From NCBI RefSeq assembly GCF_000315625.1, contig NW_005434637.1, positions 48,505 through 112,504 on the forward strand: 64,000 nt of DNA. Direction: 5' to 3'. Positions 62,298 through 64,000 of this stretch are shown here, piece by piece. Under the pieces are notes generated by a model, which did not search any database, was not told where the DNA came from, and saw nothing but the letters and a program-made list of their open reading frames with translations. Position numbers and translations under genes: made by a program. Positions within the stretch are counted from its first letter, which is position 1, and each line of letters opens with the position of its first letter. The DNA comes from Guillardia theta CCMP2712 (Eukaryota; Protista; Cryptophyta).

Positions 62298-64000
62298 CTA
62301 GTTGCAGCCAACGAGTCAATGCGAGCAGATGTGTAAGATCAAGACGTGAGATCAGCAATGATATGAAATTCTGGCTTAAATTACAAATCAAATCAACCAT
62401 GCAATCTCAGATTGATATGGTTAATCTACCATGTCTGCGTCAGAGAGCATTGAAACATACAAGCTGCTGTTCACTCCGTTTGCACACTTTTCACGACTTC
62501 TCTCCGCACAAGGTTTACACCAACTTATCTCTCCTCATATTTCTTTTATGATTCGAAACTCTGCTAGTTGTCATCGCAACCGTGCAGTTACTTCATATCT
62601 CTGACGAATCGAAACTATTTTGTTCAAGTTATCAAAGAAAGGAGTTCAGAACTTCGATCTCGCTCCCTCAGCATTCATGCCATATTCGTCCTTTCATTCT
62701 CTGGTACTTCTGCAATGTATGATCCTGCTCCTAACCCTGCTCCTGCTCCTGCTCCTGCTGCTCCTGCTCCTGCGCCTCCTGCACCATCTTCGCTCCACTT
62801 ATTTCCCTCATTTTCTTGCTTGGAGGCCGCTCGATCACCCAAGCATCATCCACCCCACCCCTGTCTATCTCCCTCGAACCTACCCCTAGCTTTCCCTGAC
62901 GCTTGTAGTAGGGACCATCAGTCCACCCTAGTAAACCGTAATTCCTAGATCTGTTATCCAGGGGTAGTGCAACACCCACCCTATGCTTCTGATCAAATTG
63001 AGGAATACCACCCCTCATGACACTAATAACTCTTTCCATCCTTTCACCACCCCTACTTGATTCATCCTGTACCCCCATTGAGATTACCCCACCCCTATTT
63101 TCACAACCTTTCAATGGTACCCGTGATCTAGCAGTCTACAGATTTAGTACCTACCCTTTTGTCACGGTTATCATGGAAAAAGTACCCTCCCTGGTCTGGA
63201 TTTACATACCCCTACCTCCTCATTATTTCCACCACCAACTTGTTCAGAAAATCGTTTCTAGCACCCACCCCCAGAACTGTCGCCACAAAATTGTAGATTT
63301 CGAGTAATCTCTGAAATCCTCTTGGAATATTTCAAACTTCCCTGAAATATTTCGGGAAGCGTTATAAATTTAGGAACCAAACTCCAAGTCTTCAAACTAT
63401 CGAACTTAGCAACTTCAAACTCAACAAACGTGGGTCCGAACTTGCAAACTTCGCAGTCAGGATCATGTGATATGGCAGGAGCAGAAAGGGCAGGGGAAGG
63501 GAGGAGAGAGGAGGGCAGGGGAGAACGACCAGGATCGATAATTGATGCACAGGGAGGAGCCAGAAGATGAATGTGGTATGAGTTGAGCCGGTCAGATAGA
63601 GGAAGCGGAGTTTGCCCAAGGGGTGAATGTGCGAGGCGGTGGAAGAGGAAGCTGCTCATGTAAGAAGTAACATTGGACATTATGTTCTAAGTTAGGAATG
63701 ACTTGTGGTGAACTGGTAGCCAGATGACCTTGTTGTTTCAGTCTTCCTTCATAGCAGAAATCTGGCATTCGTCGTTGTCGTCGGATTGATCGAGCATGGA
63801 GGAGCCAGAGGAACTGAAGGAGGATGAGACAACAGGAGCGTTGAAGATCGTCCGTAGGAAAGTGCAAAAAACGGATGCAAGTGCCACAGAAGCTCGTGCC
63901 ATCAGAAAAGGTTGGTGCTATTTAGTGCACTCCCTGCCCGTTGAAGGCTGGTCGGCTCCAAACTTTCCGAGTGTTTCCTCATTGCCACCCCCCCCCCCCT

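Overview
Eukaryotic nuclear DNA, gene-dense, with many short (about 50 nt) spliceosomal introns, long purine/pyrimidine microsatellites and two 100-N assembly gaps. The style and gene content suggest a cryptophyte alga such as Guillardia theta (inference, not verified). Recognisable genes are an ankyrin protein, a T1-domain Kv potassium channel, an RNF121-like RING E3, an AAAP amino-acid transporter, a PRELI/Ups protein, tRNA-Asp(GTC), a K+-dependent membrane pyrophosphatase, an NF-YC-like histone-fold protein, a NEK10-like kinase, a CNNM/DUF21-CBS transporter, MoaA/MOCS1A, two PDZ proteins and a tail-anchored Sel1-repeat protein. A 1159-bp non-autonomous PIF/Harbinger transposon has perfect 31-bp TIRs and a TGA target-site duplication. 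The most striking item is an uninterrupted 6.7-kb ORF encoding a receptor-like protein: signal peptide, PAN-like and C-type lectin ectodomain, 5 TM segments, He_PIG-like repeats, Ser/Thr kinase and a C-terminal CHAT caspase-like protease with an intact His/Cys dyad. It looks like a one-protein pattern-recognition/kinase/protease signalling system. Also notable are a recurring 21-bp intergenic motif, GGGTA/TACCC-biased intergenic tracts and a PX-SMP-like-PDZ-PDZ protein. Boundaries of spliced genes are approximate and domain calls come from reading motifs by eye.
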